A stretch of 55,615 nucleotides of DNA from Candidatus Saccharimonadota bacterium (GCA_029288315.1 JARIHL010000068.1:1-55615), one strand, 5' to 3'; counted from the first letter of the stretch, positions 36,017 through 45,155 are shown. A program made the numbers and translations. The notes: generated from the letters alone by a model not told the origin.

Positions 36017-36047
36017 TTTCTTTAGACAGGCGACCAACCGCTCACGT

Positions 36048-36079
36048 AAAACCACCCCCCATTTTTGAGGGGTGGTTTT
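36048..36079 (+). terminator. rho-independent terminator
   Basis: Stem aaaaccacccc / ggggtggtttt with a trailing T-run, 32 nt after the stop. Confidence 0.7.
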
Positions 36080-36190
36080 CGTATCAACACATGTTATCCC
36101 CACTTCTGTACATTACGCTTGCAGATAATGGATTGGCGGGGCATAATATCTGCTCATGCGTTTTGCCGCTATGACTTAGGCAGGAGAGGG

Positions 36191-36414
36191 ATGATGAGTA
36201 GACGCAAAGGTAAGGCTCGACCCGTAAAAAAGAGTTCCTTAATCAGCAGGAGCTTGTCCCGGACGAACCAGAGAAGCAAGAGAAACCGCTGACTGGAAAA
36301 CAGAGGCGTGCTAAAAGGAGAGCAGCTGAACGAAGCGAACTTCCACCCGAGGACAGAACTCCTCGATCTCGCCGAAGATTAGAAGAGAAGTCGAAAAAGC
36401 CAGGAAGGAAATAA
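36191..36414 (+). CDS. small highly basic protein requiring a -1 frameshift at A_AAA_AAG (or carrying a homopolymer indel)
   Basis: AGGAG lies 5 nt before ATGATG. The zero frame gives 33 aa (MMSRRKGKARPVKKSS...RNR, stop at 36290-36292). In the zero frame, codons GTA AAA AAG place A_AAA_AAG at 36226-36232 in phase. The -1 frame is open for a further 60+ codons with no start of its own (KKEFLNQQELVPDEPEKQEKPLTGKQRRAKRRAAERSELPPEDRTPRSRRRLEEKSKKPGRK, stop at 36412-36414). Confidence 0.35.
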
Positions 36415-36504
36415 TAGCTCCTAAAGAATATCGCTTTTTCGGCCTCGTTGAGTCAAAAGAGCACAAGACCATATTAACGACGGCAAAAGGCGCATACAGT
36501 TCAG

Positions 36505-36548
36505 CATGCATTCCGCCTTTTCGTAACTACGAAAGGGCGGAATGCATG
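36505..36548 (+). terminator. 19-bp hairpin (one G-U pair)
   Basis: catgcattccgccttttcg / cgaaagggcggaatgcatg with a 6-nt loop, lying between the basic ORF and the 36564 gene. Confidence 0.5.
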
Positions 36549-36563
36549 TATACTTAAGATACA

Positions 36564-36788
36564 ATGAGTAAACGAAATCGCAAGCATCGCCACAAATCCT
36601 ACCAAGGCGAAGACGCTAAAACACCCAGCCAAGGCCCTACCGTTACTCGCTATAAAGCTATAGTACGCTCACCACTTGGAGAATGGTGGCATGAACATAA
36701 ACGCAGTACCAAAATAATTGGCGGTATTACTGGCGGCGTTGTTATTGCTGCCTGGCTTTTGTTCGAGTTGTTTCGACTCGTTTTTTAA
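36564..36788 (+). CDS. small basic single-TM protein
   Basis: 74 aa: a Lys/Arg/His-rich N-terminus (MSKRNRKHRHK) and a C-terminal helix IIGGITGGVVIAAWLLFELF. Its 3' end overlaps the convergent kinase gene. Confidence 0.45.
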   Translation: MSKRNRKHRHKSYQGEDAKTPSQGPTVTRYKAIVRSPLGEWWHEHKRSTKIIGGITGGVVIAAWLLFELFRLVF

Positions 36789-38937
36789 ACTTGCTGGTGA
36801 GTGGCAATTTGAAGCCAAAAACACTTCCTTTATGTTCTTGGCTTTCGAAAATCATTTCACCTCCGTGCGCCGCAATAACCATTTTAGCCATAAATAGTCC
36901 GATGCCAGTGCCATCCGGCCGGACCTGCCGTGCATTGCTAGCCCGAAAAAATTTTGTAAATAGACTGGCTTGCTCTTTCGGGGGCACACCAATACCATTA
37001 TCTTCTACGGTCAATATAACTTGCTTATCATTTTCAGAAAGCGTTATCAAAATGTCGCCACCGCTATTTGAATAGAAAATTGCATTATCAATAAAATTCA
37101 TAATAACCTGCCGAATCTTGGTTTCATCAAGCTGCATTACGAGGAAATCAACAGGAACGTGCGTTCGTATAGTTATGCCCCTTGCTTTTGCCGCAGCCGT
37201 TAATTGGCTCACTTCTTCATGTATCAAATCTGGCAAACTCACAGTACTTGGTTCGAGCAAAAACTTGCCAGTTTTTAGCCGTGAGATATTTAAAAAGTCA
37301 GCTATCATATAGACCATGCGCTGAGCACTTGCATAAGCTTCTTGCAGCAGTTTCCTCTGATCGGTATTTAAAGCCCCTGCATCTCCCTCAAGCACCATCG
37401 ATACATAACCTTTAACACTTGTCAGCGGCGTGCGCAACTGATGAGAGGCCATGCTAATGAATTCGTCTTTGGCCTCATCAAGCGCACGGAGTTTTTTGTT
37501 GCTCTCGCGCAACTGTTTTGTTGCTTCATCCACCTCTGCTTGCAATGTCTCATTAAAATGCGCAATCTCTTCAAATCGAAGCGCGTTTTGCACCGCCACC
37601 GCTAATTCATCGCTTGCGATGCGGATGAGATTGATGTCTTGATTAGTATAAATATTACCGCTAGACTTGTAGCCAAATACTATATAACCAATAAGCTCTT
37701 TAGAGGTCTCAATCCGGGCAATAATCCCAATATTTTCTTGGTGCATTAATCGATAAAGATGCGATGTCTGAGCAGCTAAGTCATCTTGCACAATGATAAT
37801 ATCATTGTAGTGGGCAATTTCGGTGAGGAGTTTTCCTGTATCTTGATTTTTTGGAAGACGACCAACTGAAAAATGCCGCTCATTAACTTGTTTAGAGCTA
37901 ATAAGATAAATCGCAATATAATCAGCTTTGATAGATTTTTGCAGAATAGCAAGAGCATCGTGCGCAAGTTTTTGTACAGCATTTGTACTTACTAAAATAT
38001 TGGCTAGTCTATCAAGAACTTGCTGAGTTTCATACATATCTTGGTAAAAGATAGCTTTACTAATTTTATCAAAGAAATTCTTCATAGGTCCGAACGTCGT
38101 GGCTAAAACTAAAGCGAGAAAAATATAAACCATCTCTCGAGTTAATGAAGTCTGCGGTTCACCTTGGAGTAAGCCTGCAGCCAAAGCGAATGCTAATAAG
38201 CTATATACAGCAGCGATAGTCACCAACGATAAAACATAGGCGACAAACCGCGCCACCACTAAACGAATATCAAAAAGTCTGTGTCTAACAATGGCATACG
38301 CTGTGCCGCCTACTAATAAAAGCGAGAAGACTGGTCCAAACTGGACATAACTGTAATTACCCAACATTGGTAACACCAGGTTGAGGATAACTCCTAAAAA
38401 GGCACTGCTACTAAAACTGGCGATAATTATTCGAATTCTAGCACGACTAGCCCCCCGATGAGTTCCCACTGCTCTCCATAGAGCAATAACACCCGCAAGC
38501 AAGTAGGTAATAATAATCAGACCATACAGTATTAAAGAAAAGGCGTTAGTAATAATGGTGTTATCCACTATTGTAACTGCAACTACACCAGGTATTGCTG
38601 AAAAGATGGCCGTGATACACCCCATGCCGATTAGTACAGATTGCTGCCAGGATTTAATTTTTGCATCGCTTAACTTTAGGCAAAATAATAGAAAAAATAG
38701 GACTATAAAAGCTGCTGCAGCGTAGCTTGCGAGTGCAATACTATATTTTAGCTCGCCGCTAACTTGTTGATATAGAACATTAGTAATGCTCCAGATAGTT
38801 ATTGAAAACGCTTGACCGAAAAATAAACGGTTCAGAATACTCCTGGAATTGCGTAATAACACGATCAAACCAACACCAAGGTTTGCAAGAGATGCAATAA
38901 TCAAGAGGGAGTGTGCCCAAAACATATGCGTTATCAA
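36742..38937 (-). CDS. sensor histidine kinase (about 8 TM N-terminal domain, GAF-like, HisKA, HATPase_c)
   Basis: About 290 aa of TM helices and a central GAF-like region. Motifs: H-box SMASHQLRTPLTSV, N-box FIDNAIFYS, DNGIGVP and GTGIGL. It starts 4 nt after the stop of the acyltransferase gene. Confidence 0.9.
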   Translation of the reverse strand: MITHMFWAHSLLIIASLANLGVGLIVLLRNSRSILNRLFFGQAFSITIWSITNVLYQQVSGELKYSIALASYAAAAFIVLFFLLFCLKLSDAKIKSWQQSVLIGMGCITAIFSAIPGVVAVTIVDNTIITNAFSLILYGLIIITYLLAGVIALWRAVGTHRGASRARIRIIIASFSSSAFLGVILNLVLPMLGNYSYVQFGPVFSLLLVGGTAYAIVRHRLFDIRLVVARFVAYVLSLVTIAAVYSLLAFALAAGLLQGEPQTSLTREMVYIFLALVLATTFGPMKNFFDKISKAIFYQDMYETQQVLDRLANILVSTNAVQKLAHDALAILQKSIKADYIAIYLISSKQVNERHFSVGRLPKNQDTGKLLTEIAHYNDIIIVQDDLAAQTSHLYRLMHQENIGIIARIETSKELIGYIVFGYKSSGNIYTNQDINLIRIASDELAVAVQNALRFEEIAHFNETLQAEVDEATKQLRESNKKLRALDEAKDEFISMASHQLRTPLTSVKGYVSMVLEGDAGALNTDQRKLLQEAYASAQRMVYMIADFLNISRLKTGKFLLEPSTVSLPDLIHEEVSQLTAAAKARGITIRTHVPVDFLVMQLDETKIRQVIMNFIDNAIFYSNSGGDILITLSENDKQVILTVEDNGIGVPPKEQASLFTKFFRASNARQVRPDGTGIGLFMAKMVIAAHGGEMIFESQEHKGSVFGFKLPLTSKFKKRVETTRTKARQQ

Positions 38938-38940
38938 GCA

Positions 38941-39786
38941 CTATAAAGCATACGAGTTTTCAAGTCCACTCTCTACCCATTTAGTCGTTCTTTGGTGGAC
39001 TGGATTAGTACTTTGTTGAAGTGTTGTGAGAGCCTCAGGGGTATTAACATAACAAAAATGCGATTCATCATTATCATGAACGTCAATTCTGCCACTGACC
39101 AATACATGCGTTTGAATCCCCAATTTAGTTAGCAAGTCTTTCATTTTAGTAGTAGTTGTGAAGAACCAATAAGTTGATTCATCGGCCTCAGTATGGTTTG
39201 TTTCAGAGATACCGGCCCCCATTAGATACATCATACCTTCTATAATCTCGCGGCTGCTTACCGATCCATCTAATGGATGGACTAGCCGTGTTTGATCCCA
39301 AAGTCTGCCCTCTTCGGCTGCTGTTTGAAGGATCTGTAAGCTATCTGCTTGTTCTTTTTGTACAGTTATTTTCATTGATTCGTTAAGCATAGACCAACTC
39401 AGCGAATGCTCTACTGCATCAACAGGAGTTAAGCGCATCCCACAAGTCATCTTTACCTCAGCGTCAAGCCCTGCTTTTTCTTGTGCGAGTTTTATAAAAT
39501 AACGAGTTTGTGCATCTATATTATCGTATTCGTCTGTATCGTCTTCTCTGGAATTGAACCATCGCATGCCAATAACGAATTCTCTACGTAATTGTAAATA
39601 ATTAGCATAGAGTAGTTGCGCTAGTTGATTAGAAGCAACCTCATCGCGTTCAAATTTATACACCCCCAAAGTGGGGGTGTATCTTTCAGCGTTTTGCCTA
39701 GAAAGCTCATAATTAAGTGCTTCTGATGCCGATGCAATATGAGGCGGCGACTGCTCGTTATAACCTTCAATTAATTTTTCTGACAT
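38941..39786 (-). CDS. LuxI-family autoinducer synthase-like / FeeM-type N-acyltransferase (GNAT fold)
   Basis: LRREFVIGMRWFNSREDDTDEYDNID aligns with the TraI block RLRATVFGGRLEWDVSIIAGEERDQYDN (R..F...W......[E/D]xD.YD). TCGMRLTP aligns with GCVRLLP. LWDQTRL aligns with VESSRF. FFTTTTKMKDLLTKLG aligns with IVTATDLRFERILKRAG. Confidence 0.55.
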   Translation of the reverse strand: MSEKLIEGYNEQSPPHIASASEALNYELSRQNAERYTPTLGVYKFERDEVASNQLAQLLYANYLQLRREFVIGMRWFNSREDDTDEYDNIDAQTRYFIKLAQEKAGLDAEVKMTCGMRLTPVDAVEHSLSWSMLNESMKITVQKEQADSLQILQTAAEEGRLWDQTRLVHPLDGSVSSREIIEGMMYLMGAGISETNHTEADESTYWFFTTTTKMKDLLTKLGIQTHVLVSGRIDVHDNDESHFCYVNTPEALTTLQQSTNPVHQRTTKWVESGLENSYAL

Positions 39787-39957
39787 AATTATTGGCGTGG
39801 TTATGTTTGTATTTTTATAATAGCATATCTAATAGAAAAATTCAATACAAATATACTCTTTTTAGGTACATTGCAAATTTTTTACCTTAACCAGAACCAC
39901 CCTCTATGAGCTTGCCAAGTATGATATGGTAGAAACAGTAACTGTAGAGGTAAATGT

Positions 39958-40329
39958 ATGCCAGTCAAGATCGCCATTATTGAAGATGATCCGACGATTT
40001 CCCAGATGTATCGGATGAAGTTTGAGGCCGAGGGCTTTGACGTACAGACAGCAAGTAATGGCAGGCTAGGCGTCGCGTTGGTGGAAAAGATGCGACCAGA
40101 TGTTTTGCTTCTTGACCTGCGCATGCCAGAAATGGATGGCGCTGAAGCATTGGCAGAAATCCGCAAAGAAAGCTGGGGCAAACATATACCTGTACTTGTT
40201 TTAACGAATGTTGGTGAAGAAGAAGCACCCAAAACACTCAAATCGCTGGATGTCTATGACTATATTGTGAAGGCTGATCTCACACCGCGCCAAGTGGTTG
40301 AGAAAGTTAAAGAAGCCCTGACGGCTTAG
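39958..40329 (+). CDS. single-domain response regulator (receiver only)
   Basis: IAIIEDD, LLLDLRMPEMDG (phospho-acceptor Asp), VLVLTN, and the conserved-Lys region KADL. 123 aa with no output domain. It is divergent from the acyltransferase-kinase operon. Confidence 0.9.
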   Translation: MPVKIAIIEDDPTISQMYRMKFEAEGFDVQTASNGRLGVALVEKMRPDVLLLDLRMPEMDGAEALAEIRKESWGKHIPVLVLTNVGEEEAPKTLKSLDVYDYIVKADLTPRQVVEKVKEALTA

Positions 40330-41131
40330 CTTTAGATTCATTTGCTGCACGAATCACGTTTTCAAATAAGGCGCAGACGGTTAGCGGACCAACGCCTCCT
40401 TTTTCAGGGGTGATGGTTACATCTTCACGCTGTCGAACGTTTTCATCTACATCACCGATCAATTTTCCGCCTTCTGTTGCTACACCAGCATCAACCACGA
40501 CCGTATTTGGCCTGATCATATCACTCTTCAGTACTCCTGGTGAACCAGTGGCGGTAATAATAATATCTGCTTGACGTGTCAGGGAACCAAGATCTTCAGT
40601 TTGGCGATCAGCCATCATGACTTCACAGCCAGAATCTCGCAACATGCGTGCAAGAGGTTCACCAACTAGTCTGCCCTTGCCCACAATAACAATCACTCTA
40701 CCTTTTAGCTCAATATTATAACCAGCCAAAAGCCATATCACTGCCAGTGGAGTGGCTGGATCTATGGTAGCTTTTTGCCCCAACCCATCGACGTCTTTTT
40801 GGGGCGCAACGGCATCAACAAGTTCTTGTGTTTGTAGTGGATGAGGAAGCGGTAATTGCACGATTATACCGTGCACTGAGCTATCCTGATTAAGACGTTC
40901 TATTAAATCGTGTGCCTCGGCTTGCAGTATAAAGTAAGCTTCTACTTCAACTGCGATATCTGCTCCGTAACGCTTCTTCAAAGCAACATATTTATTAATA
41001 ACCGGGCTATCGAAGGTTTGAACAATAGCCAATTTCGGAGTGATGTGCCGAGCCTGGCGCATGCTACGCACTTGGCGCGCTTGTCTCGCCTTAATAAATC
41101 CCGCTAATTCGGAGCCATTTAACAGTCGCAT
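40307..41131 (-). CDS. folD: bifunctional methylenetetrahydrofolate dehydrogenase/cyclohydrolase
   Basis: MRLLNGSELAGFIK..., VQLPLP, VIVGKGRLVGEPLARML and PGGVGPLTVCALFENV are canonical FolD motifs. I chose the ATG at 41131 over the longer ORF. Confidence 0.9.
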   Translation of the reverse strand: MRLLNGSELAGFIKARQARQVRSMRQARHITPKLAIVQTFDSPVINKYVALKKRYGADIAVEVEAYFILQAEAHDLIERLNQDSSVHGIIVQLPLPHPLQTQELVDAVAPQKDVDGLGQKATIDPATPLAVIWLLAGYNIELKGRVIVIVGKGRLVGEPLARMLRDSGCEVMMADRQTEDLGSLTRQADIIITATGSPGVLKSDMIRPNTVVVDAGVATEGGKLIGDVDENVRQREDVTITPEKGGVGPLTVCALFENVIRAANESKAKPSGLL

Positions 41132-41174
41132 GGTGTTTATTATACCAACTCTGTTATAAGCAGTAAAAACCAAA

Positions 41175-41408
41175 TCAGATTATAGGGTTACTAGAACCAC
41201 CAAAGCCTTGCTGCAACTGTTGCTGTTGTTGATCAAGTTGTTGTTGGTGACGCCGCAGGTCATTGGTTTGCCGCTCTAGATCGTTTGCATTCCGGTCATG
41301 TTGATCCGCACTTTGGTTAAGTTCTCCTGCAAGCGCACGTAATCGCTTTGCAATTTCACGAAGCTCTTGTACGCGGTCTTGTAGATCATTGGCATTCATT
41401 GGGTTCAT
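41175..41408 (-). CDS. small Gln-rich coiled-coil protein
   Basis: 77 aa, helical heptads ending QQLDQQQQQLQQGFGGSS. Function unknown. Confidence 0.45.
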   Translation of the reverse strand: MNPMNANDLQDRVQELREIAKRLRALAGELNQSADQHDRNANDLERQTNDLRRHQQQLDQQQQQLQQGFGGSSNPII

Positions 41409-41436
41409 AGAGCATTCTCCTTACTGTACTAGTATA

Positions 41437-42210
41437 TCAGCTCGCGATACGGCGGCAACGTTCAGCGCTGTTTGCTAACTGCTGTTGCACGTTGAGCTTC
41501 GCTTGGCCAGAAAGTGGAGTGTCGGCTTGACCCACGATTTCAGCCAGCTCACGCAGCATTGGTTCATATTTTTTTGCAAGGGCAGTTGCTTTCAGCGGAT
41601 TTTTGGCGAGAATAAGTTCAAGGTCAGCAGTATTATCAAGTACATCACACGCTTTAATAATGCGTGCATCAGGATGACTGGCGAGTTTTTGCAGCACATT
41701 GGCGCGGTACAATTCATGGCGTTCCCCGCGAGGCATTGCCGGATCAAGCGGAGGGTTGGTCAAGATATTCACTAAACGAGCCACGCGCTCATTAAACATA
41801 GACTGCAAAATATCCAGTGCCATAGCATGGAGCATCTCTAGTTCGTAGGTTGGTGAATCGAAACTTTCTTGGTTTTCATCTTGAATCAATTTATTATGGT
41901 GATTTTCCACTGTATCGTGAAGAATAGCTGCAACAATTACATCTATGTCAGCAAATTCAGAATCTTGTAAGATGCGTAAAGTTACTCTTAGGACGTGGTT
42001 TATATAAGGCTCGCGAACTCGTTGTTCACCATCATGCAAAAAAGTAGCAAGCTCTAATGCGCCATCAATGAAAGCGCTATCTTCACCAGAGAAACGCTTT
42101 GCTTCAAACGCAAACTGCTCGCGCAGTCCCTGCTCTCCCCATCTTTCAGTAATTTCTTCGAGCGAAAGCAAATATAGCTGCTCTTGCCTCAGGGCACTGC
42201 GTTCAACCAT
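41437..42210 (-). CDS. HD-domain protein resembling the SpoT/Mesh1-type (p)ppGpp hydrolase domain
   Basis: YINHVLRVTLRIL ... VAAILHDTVEN (H..HD..E[D/N] arrangement as in RelA/SpoT hydrolase domains). 257 aa with no synthetase domain. Confidence 0.55.
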   Translation of the reverse strand: MVERSALRQEQLYLLSLEEITERWGEQGLREQFAFEAKRFSGEDSAFIDGALELATFLHDGEQRVREPYINHVLRVTLRILQDSEFADIDVIVAAILHDTVENHHNKLIQDENQESFDSPTYELEMLHAMALDILQSMFNERVARLVNILTNPPLDPAMPRGERHELYRANVLQKLASHPDARIIKACDVLDNTADLELILAKNPLKATALAKKYEPMLRELAEIVGQADTPLSGQAKLNVQQQLANSAERCRRIAS

Positions 42211-42386
42211 ATTTTATTCTGACTTGTATGTATGGTGTGTGTCAAATCGCTTTTGGTTAAGTAAGTAAACTTTGACATAGTACATAGCAGTCTACTATAA
42301 TAATTTATCTATCCTAGACCCCTAGGAGGACGGGAAGCCCGAGCGTATCTACGAACCCAGAACCAACGAATTGAGGGAAGAGACGC

Positions 42387-42755
42387 ATGCCACTCCTAGA
42401 CATAGCACGTGAGGCATTAGCTGCATATCTTCAAGAGCAAGATGAACGCCAAGCTAAAATGACAGCACTGGTGCAGGCAGGACGTGCCGCTCACCTGATT
42501 GTTGATGAGTATGCCAAGCAGATTGGCGTTGATTCTGACTGGCGTAAAACAGTGACAGTCACCGTGCAGGTTGCTTTAACGTCTCATACGAGCATCACTG
42601 TAAATTTCACGCTGAACACCGAGGGAGAACTAACCATCGAGAACCCCACTGAGACGAACATCAAATCAGTGAGCGAAGAGCATCTCATCGAGCGGATCGT
42701 CCGGGTGCTGATGATCGAACTTGATAAACATCGGCAAGCTCGCGCAACCAACTAG
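42387..42755 (+). CDS. hypothetical protein
   Basis: 122 aa, SD GAGGGAAG upstream. No family recognised. Confidence 0.45.
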   Translation: MPLLDIAREALAAYLQEQDERQAKMTALVQAGRAAHLIVDEYAKQIGVDSDWRKTVTVTVQVALTSHTSITVNFTLNTEGELTIENPTETNIKSVSEEHLIERIVRVLMIELDKHRQARATN

Positions 42756-42862
42756 CACAGACCGTTCCGTGGGCTTGTTATCTCAGCACGAGACGGCAAG
42801 CCCACGGAGCACATACGAATCCCCTGGAGGGATTTTTTATTTTGTGCTCAGACCAAACTACT

Positions 42863-42984
42863 ATTCCAAAGTTGCCATCATTGTTTCCGCCTCCAGGGAA
42901 ACAGTCCGCTCGCCAAAGCTCGCTGCCTTCCTCCCGAGAAGGTCGAGTCCCTGGAGGCGGAAACAATGATGGCAACTTTGGAAT
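42863..42984. repeat. 122-bp palindromic element (37-bp perfect arms, GC-rich core)
   Basis: attccaaagttgccatcattgtttccgcctccaggga (42863-42899) is the exact reverse complement of 42948-42984. It lies between convergent genes. A separate 11-bp hairpin, ccgtgggcttg / caagcccacgg, precedes it at about 42764-42808. Confidence 0.85.
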
Positions 42985-43003
42985 TCAATAACAGTCGTAC
43001 CTC

Positions 43004-44191
43004 TTATGAACCGACAAAGGTTAATGCGTGGCCAGCTTTACCAGCTCGCCCGGCGCGGCCAATACGGTGTACGTAATCTTCGTAAGATCCAGGTACGCTG
43101 TAGTTAATAACATGTGTGATATCTGCTACATCAATACCACGTGCCGCTACATCAGTAGCAACCAAAATATTCACTTCGTTTTTACGGAAACGATTTAAGG
43201 CACGTTGGCGTTGCCCCTGAGTTTTACCGCCGTGTAGTGAATCAGCTGCAAAACCGCGTGAGACAAGCTCTTTACTGAGGCGCTCTACACTTCGCTTTGT
43301 GTCGTCAAACACGAGTGCTTTTGAGACACCGGTTTGAATTAACACATCATGCAATTTTTCCATCTTGTTTTCGCCAGCGGCATACCGCACCACATCTTGG
43401 GCAACGTTATCGCTGGTTTCACCGGTTTTAACCGAAATTGTAATGGGGTTATTCGTAAAGCTCTGAATGAGCAATTCGATTTTTTTATCCATAGTGGCTG
43501 AGAAAAAGAGTGACTGGCGTTGCTGGTTAAGACGACCAAGCAGCATACGAATATCACCGATGAACCCCATGTCTAGCATGCGATCAACTTCATCAAGTAC
43601 GACAATATTAAAGTCTGAAAGGTCAAGCAATTCACGTTGCACATGATCTTTAATACGGCCTGGTGTACCGATCACAATGCGCGGCTTGCGGCGAAGTTCA
43701 GAGATCTGCGCACCCATTGAAGCTCCACCAATCAGCAGAGCACCAGATAAGCCGCTATTTTTGGCGAGTGATCGAATTTCTTCTTCAATTTGTTGAGCCA
43801 GTTCGCGGGTGGGCGCAATAATAAGCGCCTTTACTCCTTCAAATAGCAATAATTGGTGTAGGGCAGGGATTGCGAAAGCCGCTGTCTTACCGGTACCAGT
43901 ATTAGCGATGCCCACGACGTCTTTACCAGCAAGTGCATGGGGGATGGCTTGATCTTGAATATGTGAAGGCGTAACAAAACCTTTGTTTTCAATATTCTTC
44001 TTCAGCAAATCGTGAATGTCAAAATCAGCAAACTGATGCTTTGGCGCGTAAGGCTTAACCTCTACGACTCGAGCAGGTTTGATAAATTGGCTGAAATGAA
44101 TAGTTTGTTTCGCGAATGCACGCTTAGGGGCTGGACCGCGTGAATGTGACATATGTCGGTTGCGGCCAGTATGATATGAGTTTTTAGGCAT
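43004..44191 (-). CDS. DEAD-box ATP-dependent RNA helicase
   Basis: Q-motif region GFVTPSHIQ, motif I ANTGTGKTAAF, motif II VLDEVD, motif III SAT, motif VI HRIGRAGRAG. Confidence 0.9.
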   Translation of the reverse strand: MPKNSYHTGRNRHMSHSRGPAPKRAFAKQTIHFSQFIKPARVVEVKPYAPKHQFADFDIHDLLKKNIENKGFVTPSHIQDQAIPHALAGKDVVGIANTGTGKTAAFAIPALHQLLLFEGVKALIIAPTRELAQQIEEEIRSLAKNSGLSGALLIGGASMGAQISELRRKPRIVIGTPGRIKDHVQRELLDLSDFNIVVLDEVDRMLDMGFIGDIRMLLGRLNQQRQSLFFSATMDKKIELLIQSFTNNPITISVKTGETSDNVAQDVVRYAAGENKMEKLHDVLIQTGVSKALVFDDTKRSVERLSKELVSRGFAADSLHGGKTQGQRQRALNRFRKNEVNILVATDVAARGIDVADITHVINYSVPGSYEDYVHRIGRAGRAGKAGHALTFVGS

Positions 44192-44351
44192 AAAAATAGA
44201 ATCCTTTTCGTTAGTTCATAGAGTTCTCGATTGCTGTAATGAACATCGAGTGCCATATGCGCAAGAACTAACCCGGATTCATCAAACAATACTCAAATTA
44301 TAGTAGCATAATAAATATAATAAGTCAATCACCCTGCCTGCGAAGAGCTTG

Positions 44352-45155
44352 TCAATTGCTTTTAGTAGATGAAGAGCCCCCCTGTTGCCACAGCATTTCA
44401 AAAAAGTACCGCTGGCTATCAGCCAATTCTTGATTATGCACTTCTATGCCAAATATCTCCCCTTCTTTCCAATTGTAATAAGCAATGACATCGTTATAAA
44501 CCACCATTGAGTGGGTTATATGGAAAACCGAATCCGGTATATACCTGGCATGCCAATTGTTAAGCCGCTCATTATCATGCACATCATACCAATCACGGAT
44601 TGAAGTTTGAAAACGATCACCGATAATGCTTCTAAATTGCAAATTGCGTTCATTACAACGGTGCGCCCACCGTTCAAAGAATACTCGTCGCGTGTACGTC
44701 TGCATGCTTTCATACAGTATCGATAGATTTTCAGTTTGAGCGCGTGTTTCATTCCAAAGCATCTGCTTTAAACCAGCATCGCCTTTATAAAACTGTACGT
44801 GTGTGGCAGGCGATACAACTGCCGCTTGATCAGTCACTACCTTTTCAACCTCGCCGAATTCCTGACGAAGTTCTTTGATTTCATGTTCACGTTTATCAAT
44901 CAGTAATTGTAGATTACCAACAGGCGCAGCCTTGACAATGCTCCGTTTATAGTGAATTTCAGTTTCACTTAAATGCAAATCGGCCATGATATCAAGCAAT
45001 CGATAAACACGAGTACGTTCTACGTTTGCTCTTCTCGACACCTCAGAAATACTCTGTGGACCATATGCATTGAGCGCCAAGTAGAGATCGGCGATCTCCG
45101 GTTCTAAACCAAGTTTTGCAAAGTAATTCCGGATAACGTCTGTGTCTTGAGGCAT
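44352..45155 (-). CDS. TrmB-family transcriptional regulator
   Basis: N-terminal winged HTH LGLEPEIADLYLALNAYGPQSISEVSRRANVERTRVYRLLDIMADLHL. Size and C-terminal domain are typical of TrmB-like regulators. Confidence 0.7.
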   Translation of the reverse strand: MPQDTDVIRNYFAKLGLEPEIADLYLALNAYGPQSISEVSRRANVERTRVYRLLDIMADLHLSETEIHYKRSIVKAAPVGNLQLLIDKREHEIKELRQEFGEVEKVVTDQAAVVSPATHVQFYKGDAGLKQMLWNETRAQTENLSILYESMQTYTRRVFFERWAHRCNERNLQFRSIIGDRFQTSIRDWYDVHDNERLNNWHARYIPDSVFHITHSMVVYNDVIAYYNWKEGEIFGIEVHNQELADSQRYFFEMLWQQGGSSSTKSN

